NCBI GenBank assembly: GCA_965208165.1
Contig: OZ242323.1
Coordinates: 4,851,617-4,915,616, forward strand
Direction: 5' to 3'
Source: Vicinamibacterales bacterium
GTDB lineage: Bacteria; Acidobacteriota; Vicinamibacteria; Vicinamibacterales; UBA8438
DNA length: 64,000 nt
This document shows, piece after piece, positions 15,810 through 26,437 of the stretch. The position numbers and the translations under genes are program-made. The notes under the pieces were generated by a model. It saw only the letters and a program-made list of their open reading frames with translations. It did no database searches and was not told the DNA's origin. Positions within the stretch are counted from its first letter, which is position 1. Each line of letters starts with the position of its first letter.

Positions 15810-17822
15810 TTGCCCGTCGCGCGCGCTCCCGGTTCACGGACGCAGAACCATCCGCCGCGGGGGCGGCGCCACCATGACACCAACCGGGAGATCCCCCTGG
15901 CCGATCCAGCCGTACCGCCGGCCGCCCTCCGCGACGATCCCGACGCCGAGGTCCCGACCCGCCAGTTGAGCGGCATCCCCGCCCTCTTGGTGACGGTGCT
16001 GGCGGCGGGGCTGTCGCTCTACGCGCTGTACTGGGTCGTCGGCATCGTCCAGCCGCAGATCTACCGGGTCAGCTTCCTGCTGATCACCCTGGTCCTCACG
16101 TTCATCCTCTACCCCGCCATTCCCGCGTGGCGCGGCCGGGTGGCGGCCGTCGACTGGGGTCTGGCCGCGGCGGCCGTCCTCGTGCTCGCCTGGCCGATCT
16201 TCGACTTCGACCAGTTCGTCTACCGGGCCGCGACCCCCAGCGGGCTCGACATCCTGTTCGGCACCATCACCACCCTGCTCGTGCTCGAGGCGACCCGGCG
16301 CACGGTGGGCTCGATTCTGCCCGTCACCGCCGTCGCCTTCCTGCTCTATGGCTACTACGGCCCCGTGCTCGAGCTCATCGGCCTCGAGATCTTCGCCCAT
16401 CGCGGGTACTCGATCGAACGGCTGGTCGGCACCCTCTACATGACCCTGGAGGGCATCTTCGGGGTCCCCCTGAACGTCGCCTCGAGCTACATCGTGCTGT
16501 TCACCATCTTCGGGGCGATGCTGCAGCACTCGGGGGCCGGCCAGTTCTTCATCACCTGGACGATGTCCGCGTTCGGCCGCTCGTCGAGCGGGGCGGGGCC
16601 GGGGCGCACCGTCACCATGTCGGGCTTCCTGCTCGGCACCGTCTCGGGCAGCGGCGTGGCGACCACCGTCACCCTGGGGGCGGTGGCGTGGCCGATGCTG
16701 CGGCGGGCCGGGTTCTCGCCCGAGATCGGCGGCGGCATCCTGTCGGCGAGCGGCATCGGAGCCATCCTCGCCCCCCCGACGATGGGGGCGGCGGCGTTCC
16801 TCATCGCCGAGTTCCTGCAGATCACCTACCTGCAGGTCATCGCGATGGCCATCGTGCCGGCGGTGCTCTACTACCTGTCGATCGTCCTCATGATCGAGGC
16901 CGACGCGCGGCGGCTGGGGACGAAGGCGGTCGACGTGGACGTGCCGTCGGTGTGGACCCTCACCCGGCAGTCGGGCTACCAGTTCGTGCCCCTCATCGCC
17001 ATCGTCGTGTTCCTGGTGTCGGGCATGACCCCGTTCCGGGCGGTGTTCCTGGCCACGATGCTCGCCATCGCGCTGAGCTTCGTGCGCCGCGAGACGGCGC
17101 TGCGGCCTGCGCGGCTGGTCACCGCGCTCGAGACCGGCGGGCGGGCGGTGCTCGCGGTCGCCGCCACCACCGCCACGGCCGGCATCATCGTCGGGGTGGT
17201 GACCCTGACCGGGCTCGGCCTGAAGATCTCGAGCATCATCGTGGATCTGGCCGGGGGCAACCTGTTCTTCACCGTCGTCTACGCGGCGGTGGCGGTGTGG
17301 ATGCTGGGCCTCGCCGTCCCGGTCACCGCGTCCTACATCATCGCGGCGGTGATGATTGCGCCGGCCCTCACCCTGGTCGGGGTGCCCGACGTCGCCGCCC
17401 ACATGTTCATCTTCTACTACGCGGTGCTCTCCGAGGTCAGCCCGCCGACGGCGCTGTCGCCGTTCGCGGCGGCCGCCATCACCGGCGGCAACCCGTTCAA
17501 GACGATGATGCTGACCTGGAAGTACACCCTGCCCGCCTTCCTGGTCCCGTTCGCGTTCACCCTCAGCCCCGAGGGGCTGGGCGTGCTGCTGCAGGCGCCG
17601 CTGGCCGACATCGCCCGCACCGTCCTCACCGCCGCGGTCGGCATCCTCGCCCTCGCCATGGGCCTCGGCGGCTGGCTGCGGCAGGCGGCGACGACGCCCG
17701 AGCGCACCCTCGCCGTCGCCGGCGGCCTGCTGCTGTTCTACGCCACCACCGCCACCGACCTCGTCGGCGCCGCCTGCTTCGTCGCCGCCATCGGCATGCA
17801 CATCGTCCGCACCCGCGTCTGA
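15810..17822 (+). CDS. TRAP transporter fused 4TM/12TM permease (TAXI-associated)
   Basis: 670-aa polytopic membrane protein directly downstream of the TAXI receptor. Its motifs resemble fused TRAP permeases (GSGVATTVTLGAVAWPMLRRAGF, IFYYAVLSEVSPPTAL). The first in-frame start after the stop at 15798-15800 is TTG at 15810, so the start is uncertain. Confidence 0.9.
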   Translation: MPVARAPGSRTQNHPPRGRRHHDTNREIPLADPAVPPAALRDDPDAEVPTRQLSGIPALLVTVLAAGLSLYALYWVVGIVQPQIYRVSFLLITLVLTFILYPAIPAWRGRVAAVDWGLAAAAVLVLAWPIFDFDQFVYRAATPSGLDILFGTITTLLVLEATRRTVGSILPVTAVAFLLYGYYGPVLELIGLEIFAHRGYSIERLVGTLYMTLEGIFGVPLNVASSYIVLFTIFGAMLQHSGAGQFFITWTMSAFGRSSSGAGPGRTVTMSGFLLGTVSGSGVATTVTLGAVAWPMLRRAGFSPEIGGGILSASGIGAILAPPTMGAAAFLIAEFLQITYLQVIAMAIVPAVLYYLSIVLMIEADARRLGTKAVDVDVPSVWTLTRQSGYQFVPLIAIVVFLVSGMTPFRAVFLATMLAIALSFVRRETALRPARLVTALETGGRAVLAVAATTATAGIIVGVVTLTGLGLKISSIIVDLAGGNLFFTVVYAAVAVWMLGLAVPVTASYIIAAVMIAPALTLVGVPDVAAHMFIFYYAVLSEVSPPTALSPFAAAAITGGNPFKTMMLTWKYTLPAFLVPFAFTLSPEGLGVLLQAPLADIARTVLTAAVGILALAMGLGGWLRQAATTPERTLAVAGGLLLFYATTATDLVGAACFVAAIGMHIVRTRV

Positions 17823-17983
17823 TGCGCCCTTCCGTGATGACGGAAGGGCCGCGGACGGCGCCGCAGCGCGAGCCCCCCCGCACCCCATTCGTGGCCCGCG
17901 ACCGTCAGCGCAATGGCGCCGATTGCGCGAGCCGCGCGGACTCCAGCCGCGTCTCGGGAGCTCGATTCGCGGCCGGCCATCGC

Positions 17984-18012
17984 TTGACACGTGATGCCCG
18001 GCTGACTAGCAT
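17984..18012 (+). promoter_or_regulatory. Sigma70-like promoter candidate TTGACA-17-TAGCAT for vapBC (leaderless)
   Basis: TTGACA at 17984-17989, 17-nt spacer, TAGCAT at 18007-18012. The vapB ATG at 18021 lies only 8 nt after the -10-like hexamer, and no Shine-Dalgarno is present. Confidence 0.4.
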
Positions 18013-18020
18013 CAAACATC

Positions 18021-18257
18021 ATGCGCACGACCATCAACATTGCGGGGCCGGTTCTCGAAGAGTTGAAGCTCATCCAGAAAAGGGATGGCGGCACCTTGGG
18101 CGAGCTGGTCAGCGGGCTGCTGGCCGAGGGACTCAGTATGCGGCGCGCCGCTCCCGTCGAGCACGAGCTCGACTGGACCAGCCAGCCGATGGGCGCGCGC
18201 GTCGATCTTGCCGACAAGGCTGCCGTGTTCGCCATCCTCGACGACGACCGACAGTGA
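18021..18257 (+). CDS. vapB: Type II antitoxin, VapB-like
   Basis: 78 aa with an MRTTINI... N-terminus typical of VapB-type antitoxins. Its stop overlaps the start of the PIN toxin gene (GTGA at 18254-18257). Confidence 0.75.
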   Translation: MRTTINIAGPVLEELKLIQKRDGGTLGELVSGLLAEGLSMRRAAPVEHELDWTSQPMGARVDLADKAAVFAILDDDRQ

Positions 18258-18688
18258 GCTACACCGTCGACGCCAACATCCTGCTCTACGCCTCGGACCG
18301 GAGGTCGCCCTTCCACGCGGCGGCGCAAGAATTCCTGCGCCAACGCCCGCGCGACCCCGACATCCTGTGTCTGACGTGGCCGGTCGTCATGGCCTACGTT
18401 CGCCTGGCCACGCATCCACGGGTGTTCGCCGAACCGATGACGCCTCGCGCGGCCGCCGACAACGTCGCCGCGCTGATGCGGATGCCCCGCTGCCGCGTGG
18501 TGACGGAACCCGAGGACTTCCTCGCGACCTACCGCCTCGTAACCGCCGACGTCCCGGCCCGCGGCAACCTCGTGCCGGACGCGCACGTGGCGGCGCTGGC
18601 CAGAGCACACGGGGTCGGCACCATCTACACCCACGACCGCGACTTCAGGAGATTCCCGTTCCTGCGCGTGATCGATCCGGTGGCGTGA
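18254..18688 (+). CDS. vapC: Type II toxin, PIN-domain ribonuclease VapC
   Basis: These are the last 144 codons of the long 16127-18688 frame. GTG start overlaps the vapB stop. PIN acidic residues are in the expected context (VDANILLYA..., ...LVPDAHVAALA..., IYTHDRDFRRF). Confidence 0.85.
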   Translation: MSYTVDANILLYASDRRSPFHAAAQEFLRQRPRDPDILCLTWPVVMAYVRLATHPRVFAEPMTPRAAADNVAALMRMPRCRVVTEPEDFLATYRLVTADVPARGNLVPDAHVAALARAHGVGTIYTHDRDFRRFPFLRVIDPVA

Positions 18689-18780
18689 AGCCGCTGCGTC
18701 GGACGCGCGACCCGCCCGTTGTCACGGTCGCGCGCAGGCGGCCGAGGGGAAGCTGCCGTCTGCCCGGCAGTGTTTTATTC

Positions 18781-18810
18781 ATGACCGCATAATGTCTGCG
18801 TGCATAATAT
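18781..18810 (+). promoter_or_regulatory. AT-rich promoter-like element abutting the ATPase start codon
   Basis: TTTTATTCATGACCGCATAATGTCTGCGTGCATAATATTCCAGG-ATG. Duplicated GCATAAT. The -10-like TAATAT at 18805-18810 ends 6 nt before the ATG at 18817. No Shine-Dalgarno. Confidence 0.3.
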
Positions 18811-18816
18811 TCCAGG

Positions 18817-20208
18817 ATGCGTTTGCTGGACCGTAGCGACGAGCTGCGGCGTCTCGACGGCGTGCTGGAGGAGCCCGGCGCCTTCGCCGTCCTCTGGGGG
18901 CGACGGCGCGTGGGCAAGACCCGACTGCTCATCGAGTGGTCGCAACGCCACGACGGGCTGTACGCGGCGGCCGACCGGTCGGCGCCGGCCGTGCAACGGC
19001 GCTACCTCGCCGCCGCCGTGGCCCGGCGCTTCCCCGGGTTCGACGCCGTCGAGTATCCCGACTGGCGCTCGTTCCTGCTGCGCCTCGCCGCCGAGTCGGG
19101 CCGGAGCGCCTGGCCCGGTCCGTTCGTGCTCGACGAGCTGCCGTACCTGATCGCCGCCGACGCCACCCTGACCAGCGTCCTTCAGACCTGGATCGACGGC
19201 GCGCCCGGGCGGCCCACCGTCGTGGTGAGCGGCTCAAGCCAGCGCATGATGCATGGCGCGGTCCTCGACGCTGCCGCGCCGCTCTACGGACGCGCGCGCG
19301 AGGCTTTCGCGGTGCGCCCCCTGAAGCCCGCGTACCTCGCCGAGCTCGTCCCCGGCGCCGACCCGCGCGACCTCGTCGCCCTCTACGCGCTGTGGGGCGG
19401 TATGCCGCGCTACTGGGAGCTCGCCGAACGGTTCGGCCGAGACGCCGACCGCGCCGTGGACACGTTGGTCCTCGACCCCGCCGGCCCGTTGCACCTCGAA
19501 CCGGACCGGCTGCTGATGGAGGAAGTGCCGCCGGCCACCGCCCTTCGCCCGCTGCTGGACGTCATCGGCGCCGGCGCCCACCGCGTCAGCGAGATCGCCG
19601 GCCGCCTCGGCCGCCCCGCCCCCAGCCTCCCCCGGCCCCTGGCCGCCCTCGGCGAGATGGGCCTCGTGCGCCGGGAGACGCCCTTCGGAAGCGATCCCCG
19701 CTCCGGCCGCCGCAGCCTCTACAGCATCGACGACCCGTTCCTGCGGCTCTGGTTCCGCGTCGTGGCGCCGCACCGGACCGCACTGGCCCAAGCGCCCCCC
19801 GAGACGCGGCTCGAGTACTGGCGCCGCCACCGGCCGCAGCTCGAAGCCCTCGCCTGGGAGGAGCTGTGCAGAATGGCCGTTCCTTTCCTGCACCGCACCG
19901 ACTGCACCCTCGCCGCGCTTGGCCCATGGGAGCCTGCGCAGCGCTACTGGCGCGGCAACGAGCCGGAGTACGACGTGGTGGCGCGCTCGGTGGACGGCCG
20001 CCGGCTGCTCGTCGGCGAGGCCAAGTGGCGGTCGAGGCCGGCGTCGGCGATGGCCCTTCGGCCTCCCGCGGACACGCCGCCGGCGCCCGGCATCGGCGAC
20101 CTGGAGGTCGTCCGCGCGACGTTCGCGCCGCGAATGACCGGCGCGACGTCAGCGGCGGCCGACCTGCACGTGTTGGACGCGGGCGCCGTCTTCAGCGCGC
20201 TGCGGTGA
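18817..20208 (+). CDS. AAA+ ATPase of the archaeal-ATPase/DUF234 type
   Basis: 463 aa. DELRRLDGVLEEPGAFAVLWGRRRVGKTRLL (Walker A GRRRVGKT) and VLDELPYL (Walker B). C-terminal region with wHTH-like and DUF234-like features (YDVVARSVDGRRLLVGEAKW). Confidence 0.8.
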   Translation: MRLLDRSDELRRLDGVLEEPGAFAVLWGRRRVGKTRLLIEWSQRHDGLYAAADRSAPAVQRRYLAAAVARRFPGFDAVEYPDWRSFLLRLAAESGRSAWPGPFVLDELPYLIAADATLTSVLQTWIDGAPGRPTVVVSGSSQRMMHGAVLDAAAPLYGRAREAFAVRPLKPAYLAELVPGADPRDLVALYALWGGMPRYWELAERFGRDADRAVDTLVLDPAGPLHLEPDRLLMEEVPPATALRPLLDVIGAGAHRVSEIAGRLGRPAPSLPRPLAALGEMGLVRRETPFGSDPRSGRRSLYSIDDPFLRLWFRVVAPHRTALAQAPPETRLEYWRRHRPQLEALAWEELCRMAVPFLHRTDCTLAALGPWEPAQRYWRGNEPEYDVVARSVDGRRLLVGEAKWRSRPASAMALRPPADTPPAPGIGDLEVVRATFAPRMTGATSAAADLHVLDAGAVFSALR

Positions 20209-20415
20209 ACCGCGGGCACCCCCACCTGCTCGACAGGCACGGCGTTGAAGTGGGCGCGCGGCCGTCTCCGTGCCTGACCATTGTCGATGCCGTCGTATTC
20301 TGGTGACGACCATTCCGCGATGGCCCGCATTCTGGTCGGGGCGACTCGCGCACTCTCCACCCACCGTCGAGAAAACGGGACAGACTTCAGAAGGGGGCGC
20401 CCCCGGGGCCGGCCG

Positions 20416-22092
<1,677 letters not shown>

Positions 22093-22144
22093 TGCTTCGG
22101 TTCCGTGGAGGATGGTCCGCGGCCGGGCGGACGCCTAGAGCCGC

Positions 22145-22864
22145 CTATTGCCGCTCGAGGACGATGGCGATCTCGGTGGTCTCGCCGGCGCGGACGGTCA
22201 CCGTCTGTGGCGCCGCGCCCAGCTGCTCGTGCCAGATCGTCAGCTCGTGGTCGCCGGCCGGCACGTCCTCGAGCACGAAGGCGCCGTCGAGGCCGCTGAC
22301 GGCGCCGCGGTCGTTGCTGACCACGATCCAGGCCCGCATCCAGCCGTGGGAGTCGCACTCGACCCGCACCACGCCGGGCCGTCGCAGGGGGCGGTTGACC
22401 TCGAGCCCCGGGAACGGCATGGCGATGTTGAAGCCGGTGCGGTTGCGGTCGTCGTAGGTGTGGGTCGAGTGCAGGGTGTCGTCCTGGCTCGTCACCAGCA
22501 CCTGGCTGCGGGTGGGGGCGATCTGCACCCGCGGCACGAAGAGGCAGCCGGCGTTGTCGATGCGGGGCGAGGGCCGCTCGGCCGGCCACGGCACGCCGGT
22601 CAGGCGCACCACGGCGTTGGCCACGTGGCCGGCCGCGTCGGCGACGATCGCCTCGTCGGGCACGCTGTCGCCGCAGACGGCCTGATCCGTGTTCACCTCG
22701 AGGGTCGCGGCCGGCGGCGGGTCCGCCATCGTCACCACCCCGCGGATCGTTCCCGTCGCCTGCGCCCGGCCGGGGGTCTGGACCGCCGCGGCCAGCCCCA
22801 GGGCGACGAGGCAGACGACGCTCCACGCAAGCGTGCGTCTCGTCATGGCTCTACTGTAACCCAC
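22145..22864 (-). CDS. Secreted cupredoxin-like / carboxypeptidase-regulatory-like domain protein
   Basis: Signal peptide (VVCLVALGLAAAVQTPGRAQA). Central H...C..H..M-type pattern (LHSTHTY...VECDSHGWMRAWIVV). C-terminal CarboxypepD_reg-like FVLEDVPAGDHELTIWHEQLG...VTVRAGETTEIAIVL. Confidence 0.6.
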   Translation of the reverse strand: MGYSRAMTRRTLAWSVVCLVALGLAAAVQTPGRAQATGTIRGVVTMADPPPAATLEVNTDQAVCGDSVPDEAIVADAAGHVANAVVRLTGVPWPAERPSPRIDNAGCLFVPRVQIAPTRSQVLVTSQDDTLHSTHTYDDRNRTGFNIAMPFPGLEVNRPLRRPGVVRVECDSHGWMRAWIVVSNDRGAVSGLDGAFVLEDVPAGDHELTIWHEQLGAAPQTVTVRAGETTEIAIVLERQ

Positions 22865-22880
22865 TCGCGATCCGCCTCAC

Positions 22881-24755
22881 TCAGGCGCGGCCGCCCGCCG
22901 CCCCGCCGCTCCCGTGCCCGCCGGAGGCGCCCACCAGCTCGGGCTCCGGCGTGAAGTCCTCGCCGGGGTTGATGAAGCGGTCCTCCTCGAGCCGGTACTG
23001 CGTGTCGTGCAGCTCGCGGTAGCGGCCGCCCGCCGCGTACAGCTCGGCGTGGGTCCCCCGCTCGACCACCGCGCCCTGCTCGAGCACGAGAATCTGGTCG
23101 GCGCTGCGGATGGTCGACAGCCGGTGGGCGATGACGAACGTGGTGCGGCCCTTTCGCAGGGCCCGCAGCCCGTCCTGGATCAGCGCCTCGCTCTCGCTGT
23201 CGAGGCTCGACGTCGCCTCGTCGAGGATGAGGATGCGGGGGTCGGCGAGAATCGCGCGGGCGATGGCCACCCGCTGGCGCTGCCCCCCCGACAGCTTGAT
23301 GCCGCGCTCGCCGACGATGGTGTCGTAGCCGTCGGGGAAGCCGCGGATGAACTCGTCGCAGTGGGCGATGCGGCTCACCGCCTCGATCTCCGCCCGGGTG
23401 GCGTGGCGGCGCACGAAGCTGATGTTCGAGGCCACCGTCCCGTCGAAGAGGAAGTTCTCCTGCAGCACGACCCCGAGCTGCCGGCGGTAGTCGGCCAGCC
23501 TCAGGTCGGCGAGATCGTGCCCGTCGACGAGCACGCGCCCCGCCTGGGGCCGGTTGAACGCGATGATCAGGCTGACCAGGGTGCTCTTCCCCGACCCGCT
23601 CGACCCCACGAGGGCGGTGGTGCTGCCGGCCGGCGCCTCGAGCGAGACGTCCCTGAGCACCGGCACCCCCTCGGTGTAGGAGAACGTCACCCGGTCGAGG
23701 GCGATGTCGCCGGCCACCCGCCCCACCGGCCGCCGCTCGGCGTCCTCGTCGATCTCGGTCGGGGTGCCGAGAATCTCGCGAATGCGGTCGAGCCCCGCGA
23801 ACGCCTCGGTGATCTGGGTGCCGATGGACGCGATCTGCATGACCGGCGCCACCACCACCCCCGTGAACAGCAGGTACCGCAGCAGGTCGCCGACGGTCCA
23901 GTCGCCGGCGATGATCGCGCGCCCCCCCATGACGATCATCAGGGCCCCGATGCCGCCGATGGAGAGCGAGGCGGCCGACGTGGTGGCGGACACCCCGGTC
24001 ACCGTCTTCGCCACGTTCCGCAGCAGCCGGTGGACGCCCCCCGCGAACACCCGCTGCTCGCGCTTCTCCACGTTGTAGGCCTTGACGATGCGCACCCCCC
24101 CGAGGGTCTCCGCGAGCCGCCCCGTCACCTCGGCGTTGATCTTCCCGCGCTCGCGGAACAGCGGCCGCAGCCGCGAGAACGCCATCGCCATCGCCATCCC
24201 GAAGACGGCGAGGATGCACACGGTGACCGCGGTCAGCCGCCAGTTCAGGTAGAACAGCACCCCGAGGCCGAGGACCGCGGTCATGAACCCGCCCGCGAGC
24301 TGGGTCAGCCCCGTCCCGACGAGGTTGCGGATACCCTCGGCGTCGGTCATCACCCGCGAGATGAGGACGCCGGTCTGCGTCGCGTCGAAGTAGCCGACGG
24401 GCAGCCGCGTCACGTGCCGCTGCACGCGCTTGCGCATCTCGGTGATGGCGCGCTGCGCCGCCACCCCCAGCACCTGCGACAGCGCGAACCCGGTGCCCGA
24501 CTGCACCACGGTCGCCCCGGCCGCGGCCAGGGCCAGAGGCACGAGGAGGTCGCCCCGGCCCTCGGCGATGACGTCGTCGACGACGTAGCCGGACATCCAC
24601 GGCAGCACCAGGCCGGCGAGCCGGCTGATGGTCATCAGCCCCAGCCCGAGCGCGAGCCGGTAGCGGTGGGCGTACACCAGCGCCCGCGCCTCCTGCCAGG
24701 CGCCGGGCGAGGCGAGCGGTCTCTTTGTCGTCTTCTGCGGTTTGTCTTCGGCCAT
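22881..24755 (-). CDS. ABC exporter, fused transmembrane/ATP-binding protein (MsbA/multidrug type)
   Basis: 624 aa. 6-TM N-terminal domain, Walker A GSSGSGKST, signature LSGGQRQRVAIARA, Walker B ILILDEATSSLD. Confidence 0.9.
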   Translation of the reverse strand: MAEDKPQKTTKRPLASPGAWQEARALVYAHRYRLALGLGLMTISRLAGLVLPWMSGYVVDDVIAEGRGDLLVPLALAAAGATVVQSGTGFALSQVLGVAAQRAITEMRKRVQRHVTRLPVGYFDATQTGVLISRVMTDAEGIRNLVGTGLTQLAGGFMTAVLGLGVLFYLNWRLTAVTVCILAVFGMAMAMAFSRLRPLFRERGKINAEVTGRLAETLGGVRIVKAYNVEKREQRVFAGGVHRLLRNVAKTVTGVSATTSAASLSIGGIGALMIVMGGRAIIAGDWTVGDLLRYLLFTGVVVAPVMQIASIGTQITEAFAGLDRIREILGTPTEIDEDAERRPVGRVAGDIALDRVTFSYTEGVPVLRDVSLEAPAGSTTALVGSSGSGKSTLVSLIIAFNRPQAGRVLVDGHDLADLRLADYRRQLGVVLQENFLFDGTVASNISFVRRHATRAEIEAVSRIAHCDEFIRGFPDGYDTIVGERGIKLSGGQRQRVAIARAILADPRILILDEATSSLDSESEALIQDGLRALRKGRTTFVIAHRLSTIRSADQILVLEQGAVVERGTHAELYAAGGRYRELHDTQYRLEEDRFINPGEDFTPEPELVGASGGHGSGGAAGGRA

Positions 24756-24784
24756 GATGAAGAGATCAAGTATAGACTTTCGCC

Positions 24785-26038
24785 GTGGCTTCTCCCGTGC
24801 GCCGCATCCTCCACCTCGACATGGATGCGTTCTACGCGTCGGTGGAGCAGCGCGACGATCCGTCGCTGCGCGGCCGGCCGGTGGCCGTCGGCGGCCGGCC
24901 CGACCGGCGCGGGGTGGTCGCCGCCGCCAGCTACGAGGCCCGGAAGTTCGGGGTGCGCTCGGCGATGTCGATGGCGCGGGCGGTGCGCCGGTGCCCGGAG
25001 CTGGTCGTGGTACCGCCCGACTTCGCCCGCTACCGGTCCGTCTCGGACCGCATCTTCGACATGTACCGCTCGGTCACCCCCCTCGTCGAGCCCCTCTCGC
25101 TCGACGAGGCGTACCTCGACGTGACGAGCAACAGTTGGAACGAGCCGCTCGCCACGACCGTGGCCCGGCGGCTGAAACAGTGGATCCGCGCCGAGACGGC
25201 GCTGACCGTCTCGGCCGGGGCCGCGCCCAACAAGTTCCTCGCGAAGATCGCCTCCGACTGGGACAAGCCCGACGGCCTGACCGTCATCCCCGTCGAGCGG
25301 GTCGACGCCTTCCTGCGGCGGCTCCCCGTCGACGCGCTCTGGGGGGTCGGCCCCGTCACCGCGAAGCGGCTCCGGGCCGCGGGGGTGGTGAAGCTCGTCG
25401 ACGTGCGCACCGCGGACCCCCGCGTGCTCCGGCGCGCCGTCGGCAGCCGCATCGACTGGCTGCGCCGGCTCGCCGAGGGCAAGGACGACCGTCCCGTCAG
25501 CCCCGACCGCGTCGTCAAGTCGTCGGGCTCGGAGCACACCTACCCGACCGACCTCACCGACCCGGACGAGATCCGGCGCGAGCTCGACGGGCTGGCGCGG
25601 CGCGGGGCGGCGTGGCTCGAACGCAAGGGACTCGCGGCCCGCACCGTCACCATCAAGGTGCGCTACGCCGACTTCACCACCGTCACCCGCAGCCACAGCG
25701 CGGATCCCGCCACCCGCGACGCCGGGCAGATCGTCCTGCGGGCACGACGGCTGCTGGACCGGACCGAGGCCTGCACGCGGCCCGTCCGCCTGCTCGGGGT
25801 GACCATGCACAACCTGTCGGCGGAGGAAGACGCCCCGCCCGGCCCCGGGCATCCGACCCTGCCGCTCTCCGAGGCGTTACCGCCGGCCAGGCGTCAGCGC
25901 CCGGGGACGGCGCAGACTCCTGGCCCGCCGGTCGAGGGCCGGGCGGAGCCGCGGGGCGACGATTGGCGGGCCGGGCTCGGCGTTTCCCCCCGAAAAACGG
26001 GCCCCGATGGCAAGCACTCGGAGCCCGAGCCAAGGTAA
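24785..26038 (+). CDS. dinB: DNA polymerase IV (Y-family), with C-terminal tail running through a repeat copy
   Basis: ILHLDMDAFYASVEQRDDPSLRGRPVAVGG, SLDEAYLDVT, AKIASDWDKPDGL, LPVDALWGVGPVTAKRL. GTG start. The last ~55 codons have no DinB-like character and include repeat copy C. Confidence 0.9.
   Translation: MASPVRRILHLDMDAFYASVEQRDDPSLRGRPVAVGGRPDRRGVVAAASYEARKFGVRSAMSMARAVRRCPELVVVPPDFARYRSVSDRIFDMYRSVTPLVEPLSLDEAYLDVTSNSWNEPLATTVARRLKQWIRAETALTVSAGAAPNKFLAKIASDWDKPDGLTVIPVERVDAFLRRLPVDALWGVGPVTAKRLRAAGVVKLVDVRTADPRVLRRAVGSRIDWLRRLAEGKDDRPVSPDRVVKSSGSEHTYPTDLTDPDEIRRELDGLARRGAAWLERKGLAARTVTIKVRYADFTTVTRSHSADPATRDAGQIVLRARRLLDRTEACTRPVRLLGVTMHNLSAEEDAPPGPGHPTLPLSEALPPARRQRPGTAQTPGPPVEGRAEPRGDDWRAGLGVSPRKTGPDGKHSEPEPR
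25905..25975. repeat. REP/MITE-like repeat copy C (diverged), inside the dinB 3' tail
   Basis: GGACGGCGCAGACTCCTGGCCCGCC...GGGCGGAGCCGCGGGGCGACGATTGGCGGGCC matches the family consensus. Confidence 0.7.
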
Positions 26039-26048
26039 GATCGTGGCC

Positions 26049-26282
26049 ATGTTGAAGGGAACACGTCCCGGCATCCTCCGGAAGATTCAGCCGATCAGCG
26101 TGCACGGCCAGGTGTCGTGGGACGTCTTCTTCAACGACGCCGACGATCCGGACGGCCAGGTGCTGATGGCGCGGGTGGGGCCCGAGGCGGTCGATCAGAC
26201 CCTGGAGCCGGGAGACCGCATCGTCCTGGAGTACCTCCTCGGCAGCGTGACCCAGGTCACACGAGACACCGGAGGCGCGTAG
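26049..26282 (+). CDS. Hypothetical small protein (77 aa)
   Basis: ATG at 26049 within the 26007 ORF, 11 nt after the dinB stop. Balanced composition (MLKGTRPGILRKIQPISVHGQVSWDVFFND...). No family recognised. Confidence 0.4.
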   Translation: MLKGTRPGILRKIQPISVHGQVSWDVFFNDADDPDGQVLMARVGPEAVDQTLEPGDRIVLEYLLGSVTQVTRDTGGA

Positions 26283-26437
26283 CCCGTGCTCCCATGGCCT
26301 CCGGACCCGCGGTCGGGCCCCGGCCGTGCCCGGGCGGGACGCCGGGAAGACGCCGCCGAACCGCGACGCGGGGTCCGACGAGGGCCCCTGGAATCGAGAC
26401 GGCCGGAACCGTTTCCGGCCGCCGGGAACATATCGAT

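Noticed and set aside
16127-18688. 853-aa plus-strand ORF overlapping the TRAP permease gene
   Set aside because: It is an alternative frame of the permease gene (Arg/Pro/Gly-rich). Only the 3' 144 codons, from the GTG at 18254, encode a recognisable PIN-domain VapC.
20393-20404. GC-only palindrome GGGGGCGCCCCC just downstream of the ettA stop, as an intrinsic terminator
   Set aside because: The palindrome has no unpaired centre, so any hairpin would have to open its middle pairs, leaving a stem of only about 4-5 bp. There is no clear adjacent U-tract either. This is too weak to call.
26117-26437. N-terminal 107-aa extension of the rsgA ORF
   Set aside because: The extension is Arg/Gly/Pro-rich and overlaps the small 26049-26282 ORF in another frame. 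RsgA similarity begins at VLTLETLGWDDRF (GTG at 26438).
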